Assembly (NCBI RefSeq): GCF_964204645.1
Contig: NC_134030.1
Location: 13,103,947-13,167,946 of the forward strand
Reading direction: 5' to 3'
Source: Tubulanus polymorphus
Taxonomy: Eukaryota > Animalia > Nemertea
Length of the DNA stretch: 64,000 nt
Shown here: positions 1 to 14,135 of the stretch, in pieces
Layout of the letters: the number at the start of each line of letters is the position of its first letter
How positions within the stretch are numbered: position 1 is the stretch's first letter
Made by a program: the position numbers and the translations under genes
Notes under the pieces: model-generated
The model's database searches: none
The model's input: the letters and a program-made list of their open reading frames with translations, nothing else
What the model was told of the DNA's origin: nothing

Positions 1-597
1 TAAACAACACTTTTTGAGAAGGACGGTATGGAGAAATATAGAAAATTTGAATTTGCCTCATACGCGCGATTTACTTAAGGAGCTTCCAGCTCGCGCCTTC
101 GGCGCTCGCTGTGCGCTTAATATGTCAAAGTCGAAACTTGGTGAAGCGCACAGCCAGTCTTAAGTTTTAATGAATAAATAGAGGCGAGTGCCCTCCCCAA
201 CTCATATAGAATTCTACATTGTAAAAAACATAGGTATTGCGAGGGCACCTGTGTTCGGCGTGGTCCGTAGCCAAAGAAAATCACCCCAAATATCGAAGAT
301 CTATTCGAGCGAAGATTCGCCGTGATCAAATACATGTATAGAAAAGGAATTCATTTTTGCGAAAAAAACATGCTTTGGGAGTGTTGATTACAAAGTGAAA
401 GCCTTGTTTGTTTTATCTTTGATACGACAATAGATCTTACATGATATTATATATGCACTTATCTGATATGTTTTACGAACGGCTTTAATAGCTAAAATGT
501 TCCCAAGCTCTACATTGTAAAAAATGTAGGTTTTGCTGAAGGTAGGCACCCGGTGGCGTGACCGAAGATAATCGGCAATCAGAAACCAATCACCCGA

Positions 598-735
598 AGC
601 ATCTATATCGCCCTCACAATCGCAGCATCTATATCGCCCTCACAATCACAGCATCTATATCACCCTCACAATCACAACATCTATATCACCCTCACAATCA
701 CATCTATTTCACCCTCACAATCGCAGCATCTATAT
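598..735. repeat. 22-bp minisatellite (gcatctatatcgccctcacaat)
   Basis: About 6 tandem copies visible. Confidence 0.9.
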
Positions 736-775
736 CATTTTACTTTTTCTGAAATGTTGACGAGAATGACCAGAT

Positions 776-1105
776 CATCGACTATCAGGTTTCTGATTGC
801 CGACTGCCGACTCGAGAAATGGTCGACAATCAGGTTTCTGATCACCGATTGCCGACTCGAGAAATGGTCGACAATCAGGTTTCTGAATGCCGATTGTCGA
901 GGCGAGAAATGGTCGACTATCAGGTTCTGATTGCCGATTGCCGATTGTCGACTCGAGAAATGGTCGACAATCAGGTTTCTGAATGCCGATTGCCGATCCG
1001 AGAAATGGTCGACTATCAGGTTTCTGATTGTGGATTACCGATTGTCGACTCGAGAAATGGTCGAATATCAGGTTTCTGTATGCCGATTGCCGGATTGTCG
1101 ACTTC
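776..1105. repeat. ~39-46-bp minisatellite (gactcgagaaatggtcgacaatcaggtttctga...)
   Basis: About 7 tandem copies; explains repetitive ORFs 819..1151 and 931..1215. Confidence 0.9.
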
Positions 1106-3276
1106 TGAAAATTACTTCACGTGCCTCTTTCTATCGATCTGCTCGAATTAATACTTTTCTCAGTGAAAACATTGGAACCAACCCGCAGATCTACTTTTAC
1201 CTATTTTGGAGTTGAGCCTTGAGAGCCTATTGTTTTATCGATTACACGACAATAAATTTTTCTGTAGTTAAAAAACGTCAGATTTCTACATTAAATCTCA
1301 TGGCTTCAATAGTTTTATATGTTTTACACTAAAGATTTGTTCCTAAGTATTACAACGGGTTGCATGGGTACGGAATTAATGGAACAACGGTATTTTGAAT
1401 CATTTTGTTATCCTTCATTGACGTATTTAAACTACCCGCGCGATGCGGCCCGCAAGTTTCGACGAAAGTCCGTCCGTGACCGTCATTTTCGTTGCCGCGA
1501 TTTAGCCAATGCCCATGTGTCCCGGATGTTAACTACACTTTTTGAGAAGGACGGTATGGAGAAATAGAGAAAATTTGAATTTGCCTCATACGCGCGATTA
1601 ACTTAAGGAGCTTCCAGCTCGCGCCTTCGGCGCTCGCTGTGCGCTTATAAATTCCCATAATAAATTTTTCGAAGATTTCTGACTCTTCAAGTCACTTCCA
1701 ATTAAAAGTTCACACTTACCAAAATGGAGTCCTAATGGAATTTTTTTTCTTGTTTAAATTTCGATGAAATTAATTCTTGCATACCGGTAGCCTATACATG
1801 ACAGATTGCTTACTTCACACCAGTTTGGAGAGCCACTGGACCATTGGTCCTTTATTTCAATACCTTGTGATTATCTCGAATGACATTGAAGTGTAAGCGA
1901 ACATTCACTTAATAAAGTGTAATAGTGAATATGTGTAAGGCCTCCACGTGTATGGGCAAATATAAAAATCAGCGTTTCGTCTATTTGTCTGTACTTTGAT
2001 CAAATGTTATAGTATAACGTCAAAATGTCTAAGTGCAACGTCAAATTGTGTAATGTAGCTAACTGACACAAGGGGGCGACACTGTACAGATTGTATTATT
2101 TTTCTAGCCTCGCTATCATTTCACGACCAGCGCTTTGCGCAGACTTTATCTTTCACTTTCGTGGTTGTTTACAATTCAATATTATTCATTGCTGCGCATG
2201 CGCAGGTCTCTTATAGGAAAGTAAAATCGTGACTCGCAAACTTCTTTAGAACTATGCTTTGATATACTTTTAATTTCGGAATACCTGTATTGGACAAAGT
2301 TAAAATTTATTGCTACATGTACTATCAGAGTGCAGTGAGACAATTTTAGGCGGAAATTGGTAATTCAAATAATCAAATTACTCCGCGGTGTGATTTTTTT
2401 CACAAGAGAGTTTCCAACATTTTGTTCGCAGTGCGCATGCGCTGTTGTATTTGTAAACAAATGCACGCGGAATAGCTGAACCTTCGAGAAATGTGTCACT
2501 GTAGTGTAGGCCTGTGCCCGCGTACGTATATAGAAGTGTATACACTACTGAACACATTGATGCTTACGAGTACGTACGGACGGTCTACTACATGTACTTA
2601 TCGGATGGAAAACCTACTTATCACGAACCCTGACGTGTAGCGTTTTCTTACTCGATCAAAATGTTAAAAACATCACAGAAAAAACTTGTGGATGAGTGTA
2701 ACCAATTAGAAATTAGGAGATCAATTATTGAGAAATGATAAATGCAGAGAAAATTCTGTATATTCCCAAACCACATTATCCAAATACAGCCGTTTTGAAA
2801 GTAAATCGAATGATAATTTCAATAGTTTCAAGCACGCATGTGCGATCATCTTGAAAGTAACGACTATTTCTTCAACCAAATCCTCCAAAAGTTTAAAGAG
2901 TTGAAATATGAATGAAGGGCGTTGGCAGAAAGTCAATTTCAAAATATTTCATCATGTAAAATCGTAGAAAAGGTGCCCAGTTTGGCGGGTATATTTAACG
3001 CATATTTGTTTGTAGGTTTAAAGCCGCAAACGCTGATATGGAGTGAGTGTAGTGCACATGTGTGGGTCGTGTTTACAAACAGAATGGGGAGCATGCGCAC
3101 TGCAAACATGATGGCGGAAACTATCTTGTGAAAAAACGCCGCATGGTCCACGCCGCGGCCGCATGGTCATCTCCGAATTAAAAAAAAATTTTTTTACAAT
3201 TATGATCAAAAATCGATGATATTTCATTTTTTTCTCAAAATTCAAGCTTTCAACGCGATGAACCAACACAATTGCA

Positions 3277-3750
3277 ATTACTCTAATAATTTCATATGTA
3301 TGAATATCACATATATGAATATCATATATATATAAAATTTCATATATATTTATATGAAAAATATAATATGTTATATACGATACATTATATATTTTAGAAG
3401 TCAATTTTGGTAAAAAAATTACATATTCATATGGAGGGTAAACAAATACAACGTGAGAATAACAAATTATTTCGGGAATTACTTAAAATTAATTAAATTA
3501 ATTAAATTAATTAAAGTTACTACAAATCTTAAGTCTGTAGATTATAAATTTAAAAACTTATCCGAATTAACATTATATAAGAAATATTTTATTACAAATA
3601 TTGAATTAATTACAAATAAATATGGTGATAAATTAGTAATTCATTTAGAATAGAAGGATTAAAAGGTAATATATTTACATTTAGAACATATTTACCAGAT
3701 AGAGTTCATATATTATCAAGTGAAGATACTGAAGAATTTGAAAAAATGTA
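3277..3750 (+). pseudogene. Polinton fragment: subterminal AT-rich sequence plus decayed small ~110-aa gene
   Basis: Starts attactctaataatt as at ~8587; KYGDKLVIHLE...RTYLPDR homologous to 8701-9042 (+) and 44938-45274 (-). Confidence 0.75.
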
Positions 3751-4234
3751 GTTTTAACAATATCTGTGGTAAAGGCGAGTAAGTTTTATCTTGGTGTCCG
3801 AAAACCACGTTTTGGATGCGCAGGGGACTCGTCATGATTTATCAAAGAAACAATCCGGGATAAGCTGAATTATATTATCAGAGGGTTGATCAAAATCAGA
3901 GACCGCCTAGCTATACAAAATCCATTAGAATTTTTACATTGCACACATGATGTCTGTGTTGTCAGAACAGGACCCCAGTTCCCGTGTTCTGAATGGTGCT
4001 CGTTTTGATCTAAAATGAAATACAGTTTTTGGAAAACTTCATTGTTCTAATTTACTAAAATTACATTTCCAAACCAACGACGGTATCCTGTAACTATATA
4101 CGAAATAAACATACAGTAGTTGAGAACCTTTCAGCGAACTATTTCTCTTTTTCAAACATGAGCTTATAATGATGATAATGATAAGTGTTTTTAGAGCGCT
4201 AAATCCATCTCATGAAAAAGCCGCTCAGAGCGCT

Positions 4235-4783
4235 TCACATAAAAGCCTCATTAAAGAGGAAATGTTTAAGTTACCTCCTTTTAGATTTTATAGACCGGAG
4301 GTCTCCGGGAAGCTGATTCCACAGGTTCGGGCCATTGATGGAAAAGGCTCGAGAAACGAAAAATTTTCTATTGTATCGAGGCGTTTTCAGTGAGATAAGG
4401 GCAGAAGAACGGAGAGGACGGCAAGGGACATGAATATGAATGAGGTCACAGAGATATTTAGGAGCCAAATTATGTATACACTGGAAGATGAAAACGAGAA
4501 CTGATTTGTTGTTCAATGGGTAACCAATGTAACTCCACAAGGACAGGTTTGATTGATCTATATTTTCTGGTTTTACTAACTAGACGGGCTGCCGTGTTTT
4601 GTACTCGCTGGAGAAGTTTCATTGAGGACTTAGGTAATTCGGCGAGAACAGAGTTACGAAAGTCAAGACGTTGTGATGAGTGCTTGCACATAAATTCTTG
4701 TGGCATCAACAGGTAGATCTTGACGGATTTTACCAATGATGCGAAGTGAAAATAAGCAGACTTCACACAGCTTGAAATGTGTT
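4235..4783 (-). mobile_element. CR1/L2-clade LINE, 3' RT fragment
   Basis: LQRVQNTAARLV...LHWLPIEQ...APKYL...RPLRSS...RAFSINGPNLWNQLP motifs, frameshifted. Confidence 0.85.
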
Positions 4784-6705
4784 AGTAAGGGGGTCGAAAG
4801 GTCGAGCTCATAAAAAATGAAAATAAATCCTCACAAGCTCGAATTTATTTTTATTTTCTATTCACTCAACCTTTCAACCTCTTATATGAAACAAGATAAC
4901 CCCCTTTACTGTAACAATTTCATATTAATTAATATTATATTTATGAAATGTGATACATAATTCATATTTAAAACATTACATAATTCATATTTAAAACATT
5001 GAATGTTTATATTTGTACGAGTTAGATTCTTGAATATGAAAAGTGTAAGTGAAATAACTTATATTTAAAACATTGAATATTGATATCTGATGATTTATAT
5101 TTGATTAAGTTAGATTCATTTTCATAAAAGTTTTGTTATAAAAATGGAAGATGAAGAACCCGAAATCAATCCAAAATCGAAATCAAAGAAACTTAAAACT
5201 TATTTTCACTAACAAATTCAGCAACAAATTTAGTATAGTGTATGGAAGACATTTTAAAATTGATAATATCACTATAATTAATCAAATATTATCAAATGAA
5301 ACATATTTAATTACTTAACTAATAGATAATCCCCCTAACTTGTGTTCTCTAAATGAGAAGTTGGAATCAAACAACAGTCCTACATTTCTCACCGATGAGG
5401 CAAAGGAAATATCAGGTATCGACAATTCTAATATTAGGGAGTTGAACTTTGAGGCTTTTGTGGCTAATGAGAAGAGCATCAGTTTTTGCTCATTACATTT
5501 AATTCGAATACATTTATTTTTAAATTATTAACTTTTACTATCTTAGGTATAATTTTATAGTTACTGGGTATTGATCAATTTTATATAATTTTTCGTATTT
5601 CCGATAATCTGTTATTCTACAAACATTTTCCTTGTTGGGTGTAAACAACTAATAATTGATCATAGAAAACATTTATTATCTTCATTTTAACATTTATTAC
5701 TGCTTTTGTTGTAACTGGTAATCTATAAGATGATGCTTTAATATCCTTTTCTGTTGGACATTTTGAATCATATGTAAACATTGTATTACTATTTGATGCT
5801 TTATTCCTTTTTGTATTATAAATATAAAAAAATATAATTTCATTCAATGATAAATCATGAACCAAATGATGAATGATGAATCATGAATCAAAATATTTTT
5901 CTTCAATATGACGTTTAAATTCATTAAAAAATTTTTCTAACTTCGCTTTTATTTGTGTTTTTGAAATTATTTCTTCAGAATGTGTTTGAATATTGTACTC
6001 CATTTTTTCTTCTGATTTAATAAAACTTACTTTTCCAGAAATACTAATTTTTGGATATTCAACATCTGTAACAAAGTCCATTATTTTTTCCATTATTTCA
6101 ATAAATTTACTATAATCTTCTATTGTTTTACCTTTAAAAAAATCTTATATATAATAGCTGCAGGACCAATTTTGCTGCGTAATGTTTCTAAAATTTCAAT
6201 TGTATCTTTTATTTCTAGTGAATCGATATAATTTCTTACATTTTCCATATAAGGTTTATTTGAAATAGATTTAGTTTTTGAAGCTGGTTTTTTAATTGTT
6301 GAGGTTTATCATCAAAATAATCTGTTCCTAAAATATTATTACTTAAACTTTGTTGGTATTTTTCTGATTCAAGATGCCTATCATAATTCCTTTTACTTAT
6401 AAATTCATTACAAACATCGCATTTAATTTAATCTTTTTTCATATTTTCTAATTGTTCTTTTCTTTCATTTCAATTTTCTGGTGTTTCAAAATCTATAACA
6501 TTTTTTTATGATTTGCAGTTTTTTCATGATGAGATTAATTAGATTTATCGATGTATTTTTTACAATATGGACAATAATATTGGTTTTTATTAACATCAAT
6601 TTTTTCTGTCTGGTACTCTCTGTCTCCCATTTATAAGGAAAAAAATCATGAGTGGTGATGAGTGATTTGTCGTACTCTCGTACTCTGATCTGAAAACGCT
6701 ATTTT
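4784..6705. mobile_element. Deleted Polinton derivative A (palindromic end + pPolB N-terminal remnant)
   Basis: agtaaggggg...cccctttact palindrome 4784-4910 related to 25819-25970; minus-strand pPolB N-terminal pieces 6630 to ~5540; TIR motif gtactctcgtactctg at ~6671-6686. Confidence 0.75.
5540..6630 (-). pseudogene. pPolB N-terminal region remnant
   Basis: TDVEYPKISIS...IEEKYF and ASSYRLPVTTKAVINV match the N-terminal part of the pPolB at 51.3-52.2 kb. Confidence 0.75.
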
Positions 6706-6719
6706 CCAATTACTGATAA

Positions 6720-7860
6720 TGAACCACGCTCTAAAACCTAGACTTTGGAAACCACTAATCAACAACAATATGCAAAAATACCTAGGCCCAGGCTGGTAAT
6801 TTCAAACATCATTCACAATGAAATACCAAAATCATTACAAACGACTACTACAGACATGTATTAAAAACAATGGACACTTTTTCAACAACATCTAGTTCCA
6901 ACTGAGACCATTACCGAAATTCTGCAAAAACCTATTTTTGGGAACTCAAAAATTAAGCTCAACAAGAAAATCAATTGCACAGATACATACATCACGGTAT
7001 AACCAATCTACGTCATTTATTCGATAATCGTGGCAATTACAAAGCATTTGACGAAACTCCATTAATAAATAGATTAAAACACACACGTATATACAATGCG
7101 ATACCGCAACATTATAAACTAATTCTATCGGACCAAAATTTCCTAGTGAATTACCAAAAATCTATGTGCAATTTGATAATATAGACTGTACTATAGGAAA
7201 ACTTTCATCATCTCAAATCTATCGAATTCTATAATTCAAACATCTCCATCAAATCACACCGATTGGGCAAACCAAAATTACTGAAATGTTAAACACTGAT
7301 CTGAACTGGCCGGAAATTTGGAATGAAGTTTATAATAAACATATTGATGGACGATTAAGTTATACTCATTGGAAATTACTACATAATACTCTTGCAACAG
7401 CTTCAAAATTAGTACTTTGGAAAATTAGAATTGATCCAAATTGTAAAATTTGTGGACGCGCGGCTACAAATGACCATGTAGTATATTCATGCGCAGAAGC
7501 ACAGCAATTATATTCGTTTATACAACCAATCTTTCAACGCATACTAAACGTACCTATAACTTTCGCGCTCGAGACATCGTATACACAGGAATTACTAAAA
7601 CAATGGACAGAGATTTGCACGCTAGCAAACTATCTTTTTTTCTCGCACAATCCATTTTGTACAAAAATCATTACAATCTAGAACAAGGCTCTGGCCGCAT
7701 CAACTATAATCTATTTCAAAAACTCACTTATAGGTCGCCTAAACCAAGAAATCATGCTTCAACAAATGTTAAGAGTCTTAACAATATACTTATACATCCG
7801 GATGCAAGCGGACTGAAGACAGTAAACAGAGTCAAAATCGATACTATTATCGTAGTCTAT
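6720..7860 (+). mobile_element. L1/Tx1-type LINE ORF2 C-terminal remnant
   Basis: WKLLHNTLAT...LWKIRIDPNCKICG...DHVVYSC zf-RVT-like CCHC motif; frameshifted. Confidence 0.7.
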
Positions 7861-8700
7861 TTATCAAACCCAACGCCATTCTTTATTAGTTACACTTACA
7901 TACCCCGACTTGGACATTTGAGGTATGTTCTGATTTAGATCAAACCGGGATGACGGTCTTTCAATACGCATAGAACTATCTGGCCACTTTTGCTTTATAT
8001 CACCACATACGCATTAGTTTACTGTTTCTGATGTAATGACTGTAAACTCAGTCTCATTGCTGCGATAGCTGGAAAGCTGCCTCCTTTTTGGCTTTAGGAT
8101 AGCAAGCTCGGTCTATCTGCGCGCAATGGTGACTGGAAAGTTGCCTCTTGACGTCGGTCTCATTAAAAATTACCAAAAACCTAATCGTGACAATGTAAAT
8201 AAAAAACTGATGAGGACTGTATATACGTTAGTGTACAAATATGTATTCAATATTCCCTGTGCCGCTTTCTTACTGACGGTCTATCAATGCGCATTGCACT
8301 GTCCGTTTGATTGCGACGCATCCACGGACCTAACTATGCACTGTATATTAGAAACACAAAACTGCTCACTGTGTAAAATATTTTACTTTTGGGCAAACTC
8401 AGCACCAGATGTGAAGTACCAACTGCGCACTCCTTGACGGAGAAACCCATCCCCATAGGAGCTGCACCGTCGATGTCATACAACTACACTTCGGTTACCC
8501 AAGGACCGTACTCGCACGCTCGAATTTAATTTTCATTTTTTTACTCACTCGCCCCTCAACCTCTGATCTGAACCCCTATAATACAATTACTCTAATAATT
8601 CCATATATATGAATAACATATAAATGAATAACATATATAAATGAATATTTTATATATGAATAACTTCTAAAATCAATTTTAATGAAAAATTTTTATCAAA

Positions 8701-9042
8701 ATGGAGAGTAAACAAATACACAGCGAATTCTTAAATAGAATTAAAGTTACAACAAATGTTAAATCTGTAGATTATAAATTCAAGATGTTAAATTAATTAA
8801 CAATTTATAAAAAATATCTAATTACAAATATTGAAACAATTACTAATAGATATGGTAATAAATTAGTTATTCATTTAGAATATGAAGGATTAAAAGGAAA
8901 TAAATATGAATTCAGAACATATTTACCAGATAGATTTTATAGATTATCTAGTGAAGATATAGAAGAATTATATTCAGGTGATTTCTACTTCATATATAAG
9001 GGTAAGAATGAAAAAGGGCACCATGATATAGATTTCGAATAA
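8701..9042 (+). pseudogene. Polinton small ~110-aa protein (possibly OB-fold/SSB-like), internal stop
   Basis: MESKQI...YGNKLVIHLEYEGLKG...YLPDRF...GHHDIDFE*; homologue at 44938-45274. Confidence 0.7.
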
Positions 9043-9289
9043 TATGAAATCAATTTTAATAAAAAAAGTGTGAGCAAAATGTGAGTAAAATAATTTAAAT
9101 TTTTTTAAATATTTAAAGTGTGAGTTAAGTGTGAGTAAAATAATTTAGATTTTTCAAACAGAAAAGTGTGTGTAAAGTGTGTGTTGAATAATTTAGAATT
9201 TTTAATATTAGAAGTGTGAGTAAAATAATTTAGATTTTAAGAAATAAATAATCTAGAAAATTCATTTTAATAAAAGTTTTGTTATAAAA

Positions 9290-9830
9290 ATGATAACAGA
9301 AGAAGAACCTAAATTCAAAATCGAAAAAAAAGAAACTAATAACTTATTTTCATTATTTAACATTAAAAATTATATCTCAGCATCAAACTTAATGCAAGAC
9401 AATATAAAATTGATAATATTACTATAATTAATCATCATCAAATGAAGCCCATTTATTTACTGAACTTATAGATACTTTTGATAATGGTGCTAAAAATCCT
9501 AAAATATTCAATACAGTTTTAAATTTTAAAGATAATTTAGATAAAAAAATTATAAATATTCTTAAAATTCCTTGTAATGAAAGAAATAATGATTTAATAC
9601 TTTCTAAAGGTTGCAATGATATAATAAACTTAAGAATTGAAAAACGACGATTATATTATTTCAATTTTGATAATAAACAAATTATCTATAATGAAAATTC
9701 ATCAAATATTGGAATTCAATGCGAATCGTTTAATAATAATTCTTATAAAGATATTGGAATTCAATGTAATTTAGATGATGAATTTAGAAAATTCAATCCT
9801 AATGAAAGTGCATTGTTATTGCGGAGGTAA
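9290..9830 (+). pseudogene. Polinton accessory ORF, frameshifted, with two GIQC motifs
   Basis: Start context shared with ~5143; C-terminal frame reads SSNIGIQCE...YKDIGIQCN. Confidence 0.5.
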
Positions 9831-9879
9831 ATATTGAAAATCACAAAAATCAAAACATTATCAAACAATAAAAAATAAA

Positions 9880-10420
9880 AACTATGGATTCTTACATATA
9901 AAAGATAAAAACTAATAATATAACAGATGATTTGAAAACGTTAAAACATCATTTCGACTTAAGTAATTATCCTAAAAATCATGAAATATTTAGTAATGAA
10001 AATAAAAAGCGACCCGGTAAGTTCAAGGATGAATTAGGTGGTGAAGAAATGATAGAGCTCATTGGAATTCGATCTAAAATGTATAGTTATAAAACTAAAA
10101 CTCATAAAGCTAAAAAATTGAAGGTGAAAGGTATTACAAAAAACATTGTTGAAAAAAATATTCATTTTAAAGATTACGTCAATTGCATTTTTAATGAAGA
10201 AGTTAGAAAACATAAGATGAAATGTTTAATATCTGAGTGCCACGAGATGTTTATTGAAAAGATAGAAAAAGGTTAGTTTGAACCCTCTCGATGATAAACG
10301 ATATATTTTTGATGACGGAATGCATACAGTCGCGTATGGTTGCAATTTAGATGAATACTTAAAATTCAAAAGGAATGAAGAGGAAGAAAATGAGATTATT
10401 AAAAGGAGTATAATTAATGT
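9880..10420 (+). pseudogene. pPolB C-terminal remnant
   Basis: FDLSNYPKNH...PGKFKDE...IRSKMYS...KGITK...DDKRY. Confidence 0.9.
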
Positions 10421-10555
10421 TAACGGTTACATGCGGAGGGTTGTGGCAGTTTTGCCGTGGGGTAACCAGGGTAACAACGAAGCCCAGACATAAGCAGAAC
10501 GACCCCATGACAGCAGCCACAGGCCACGAAGGCGAAAGAGGTGTGGCTCCGACAT

Positions 10556-11910
10556 TACAGTGATCATGATTATCACATAATTGTTTATGATTTGATAATG
10601 CACTTTCAGTTCTAAATTTAGTCATACATTTTCTACATAGATATATGTTATTATTAAAATCATTTTCTGATTTAGAAAATAAATCAATACGTTTAAGCCA
10701 CATATAATGATTCTCATAATATAATATATCTATAACACCATTTGAATCGTAATCTTTTGATAAATACAAAGGTTCTTATGCATAATGTTTAATATTGTTA
10801 CCTTTTGTATTTGGTAATTTGATTAAATCAAATACATTTATTTTTAGATTATAACCTCTTTCTATTTTTAGAATATTTTCAATTTTAACAGGATAGCTGC
10901 CTATCTTATGATAATTTTCAAATTATTCATAATTTGATACTCTAAAGCTATGTGTATTATCAGTTGCAGGATGTAAACAACTAATTACTGCCCATAGAAA
11001 ACATTTATCATCAAAATTTTGTACATTTATAACAGCATTAGTTTTAAATGGTAGTTTAATATAACTCGTTGCTTCAATATCTTGTTGTTTATAATATGAT
11101 AAATTATTTTCATCAATTGGTTTTGATTTAGTTAATTTATTATATTTTGTATTATACACATGTAACGTCATAAATATTATTTCATTAAATATTAAACCCG
11201 ATCCTTCAAAATATTTCTCTTCTATTTTACTTTTTATTTCATCTAATTTATCATCTATATGTTGTTTTGAAATAATATGTTGTGAATGGGAATTAATATT
11301 ATAAATTGGTTTATCATCAGATTTTATAAATTTATTTTTAACTGATATACTAATTTTAGGATATTCTAAGTCTGTAATTATTTTTATAATATTTTTCATA
11401 TTTTCTAAATGTTTTTTTATTTTCTTCTAATGTTTTACCTTTATTAAATTTAAACTCGATAGCAGCTGGACCAATATCACTTTTAAATGCTTCAGTTATC
11501 TCTATGTCTTTTTTATTATCCAATGAATTAATATAATTTCTAACATTTTCCATGTATGATTTCTTATTATTTAGAGTATTTTTCATTCTTTTAATTGTCT
11601 TCGGTTTATTAATAATATCTTTATCAAAATAATCTTCACCTAAAATATCATTATTAATATTTCTAATATGACTTTTGGATTTTAAATGTTCTTTATAATA
11701 TCTTTTGTTACTGAATGATTGATTACATGTGTCACATTTATATATTTCTTTTTGATTCTTTAATTCTTCTTATTTAGTTTCTTATATATCATCTTTATAT
11801 TCTCATTTAAATTTATTTTCTAAATGTGTTTTAGTTTTATTATGTCTTGCTTTTTGAGATTTATCTATATTGATTTTACATGTCGGACAGTAGTACTTAT
11901 TTGCTTCCAT
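10556..11910 (-). pseudogene. pPolB N-terminal remnant
   Basis: C2H2 fingers, IEEKYFEGSG, AVINVQNFDDKCFLWAVISCLHP, ENHYMWLK, YLCRKC; close to 50.9-52.2 kb. Confidence 0.9.
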
Positions 11911-12695
11911 TTTTATAACAATTTTTTTGATTAAAATCGATTTTGTACTATTCGAAATCTATATCATGGTGCCCTTTTTTATTCTTACCTTTATATATGA
12001 AATAGAAATCACCACAATATAATTCTTCTAATTTCAGTTAGAATAATTAGTTTCAGTTGCTCATAAAAAATAAAAAACAAATTCTCGCACGCTCGAATTT
12101 ATTTTTTATTTTTTACTCACTCGCCCCTTCAACCTTTGGTATGAAACAACTTACTCCCTATTACTGATAGAAAACAACGATCTCCCAGCAGTTAAAAGGC
12201 AAACTATTTCCGGGTTTCCAAATATCTGTAATTCTAACTGCTAGTCGAAACGCTGAAACTGCGGGCGAAACAGCTAAAATGATAACGCTGAAAGAATTAT
12301 TTCTGGGTAACCAGGATGACATAATCTAAACATACGAGGTGCCATCTACTGACATTTGGGCGCATGAGCCGTGGTACGAAAATGTCTTGGAGGCATGGAC
12401 TAGTCTTTTTCGCTACGTGAAACAAGACATCGTCTTTTTGGGGGGATTGTTGCCCAAAGAGACATCATACTGAATCCGTCGAAGAACACAGGCTTAATTT
12501 GTGATACTGCGCAAATGATAGGAACAGGAAATACTTTGTAATTCTAGATTTAATAGGGTGTGACGATTTCGATGCCAGAGCACTGATCAACGATTGACGA
12601 TGATAGAAGACGAATTGCATAGAACCTTTTTTCACATAAAACACACGTTTATTCATTCCACTACAACTTCACACTAGAACTTCACACTGAACTGG

Positions 12696-12761
12696 TACAC
12701 ACACACGCGCGCACGCACACGCACACGCATACGTAAACACATACACATACACATACACACA
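12696..12761. repeat. (CA)n-rich microsatellite
   Basis: Direct inspection. Confidence 0.9.
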
Positions 12762-14135
12762 GCTAAATTGTGTCATACTTTCCTACATAATGTTAAGTTC
12801 GAAAATAAAGCGTATCATTTTATTCCGGTACAATTATCTGTTTGTTAACTGTGTGTGAATATCCTTGTAGAGTAGAAATTGAGTTCAATTTCCATTCAAT
12901 AGAGGCTCTAACTGGTTCACTACAATGGACCTGGAATCAAAATAACTTGACCGTATCGAGAGTTATTGGTGTCATTATCCTTCTAACAAAATTTCCTATC
13001 CGTCAGTATAAAAATTGAAGGCCTCTGAAAAGTGGAAGTATTGGGTAACGTTTTTTTGGACCCTAGCTATCATACCTATTATTATACATAGAATTGATTT
13101 ATCTGAACTGTGTATTCAATATTTAAACTCTGTGCATTCATTTGTTAATTTTCATTAATTTAGAAATGTGTTATATATCATGACTATGTTCGCTTTTTGA
13201 TTTCAATTATAAAAGAATATGTGCATTAATTTTCTAATATCTAATGATCTAAAAATATGTTGTATTTCATATATCATCTTGTGCAAATAAGAATATCAAT
13301 GATTTAATGAATTTCTTGATCATGTCAGACTTAATTTCATTGATTTGTGATTCTCTTTAATTTATAAATTTGTCATTCATTTTCTAATTTTCATGATCAT
13401 AGGAATATGTTATGTATATCTAAACTGTGCATTCATTACGTAAAATCTAGCCTAAATAAAGATATCAGGTCCAATGTTAATAAATTCTTTGCTTTATGTT
13501 CCTTTGATTAATGTTATTTCCTTCTGGCATTTTCACAGTGCGATTTTTCCTCTGGCATTTTTACCTCTTGCATTTCTACGTCTTGCATTTTTACCTCTGG
13601 CATTATTATCTGGATTCTCGTTTCCCATACACATAAAACACTATAACTATTGCTTCTACAATACTATTATCATGTCATATACAACAACTATACAATGGTA
13701 TGACTTATTGATTAAAATCACTCCCAAAATGATAAAATATTGCATTGATATAGCGTTTGAGCGCGTTGGGTGTCCAGCCTCGACTTTCTGATGTAATGTA
13801 CATACAGCGAAATTTGTATTTTCGAAATTTAAAGATCGTATTCTCGTCGTTCGTTCCGTCATAGGAGTTTAGAGGTTTTGAGAGGTAGTAGTAACCCTGT
13901 GAGGCGGAAAATAACAGGGCGCTGTAGTTATATACGAATACAAAGTCAATCCATCAGGGGACTATTTAAACATGTCAATATAACATTCGTCCAAGATCGG
14001 ACGAAAAGCTATGCAACAGTTCTCTGGACCGACATCCAATGTAAGCCAAAATCAATGAAATATCTCTCATTAATTAATCAATGCTTCTTTATTCTTTATT
14101 CTGGTCTCTCTCAAACAAAATAAGCAAATGGGATT

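Larger units (their letters stand above)
1..1650. mobile_element. Tandem non-autonomous Helentron/HINE-like repeat units (one end at ~118, second unit ~119-1647)
   Basis: 1-118 is repeated near-identically at ~1530-1647; both end in the GC-rich hairpin-like ctcgcgccttcggcgctcgc; internal minisatellites. Confidence 0.5.
8511..12165. mobile_element. Rearranged Polinton derivative B
   Basis: Partial terminal palindrome at both ends (8511-8592; ~12059-12165 ending ccctattact); small gene (+), orphan ORF (+), pPolB C-terminus (+), pPolB N-terminus (-). Confidence 0.8.

Noticed and set aside
776-1215. Repetitive ORFs or CRISPR-like array
   Set aside because: Tandem minisatellite without unique spacers, inside a eukaryotic repeat; no cas genes
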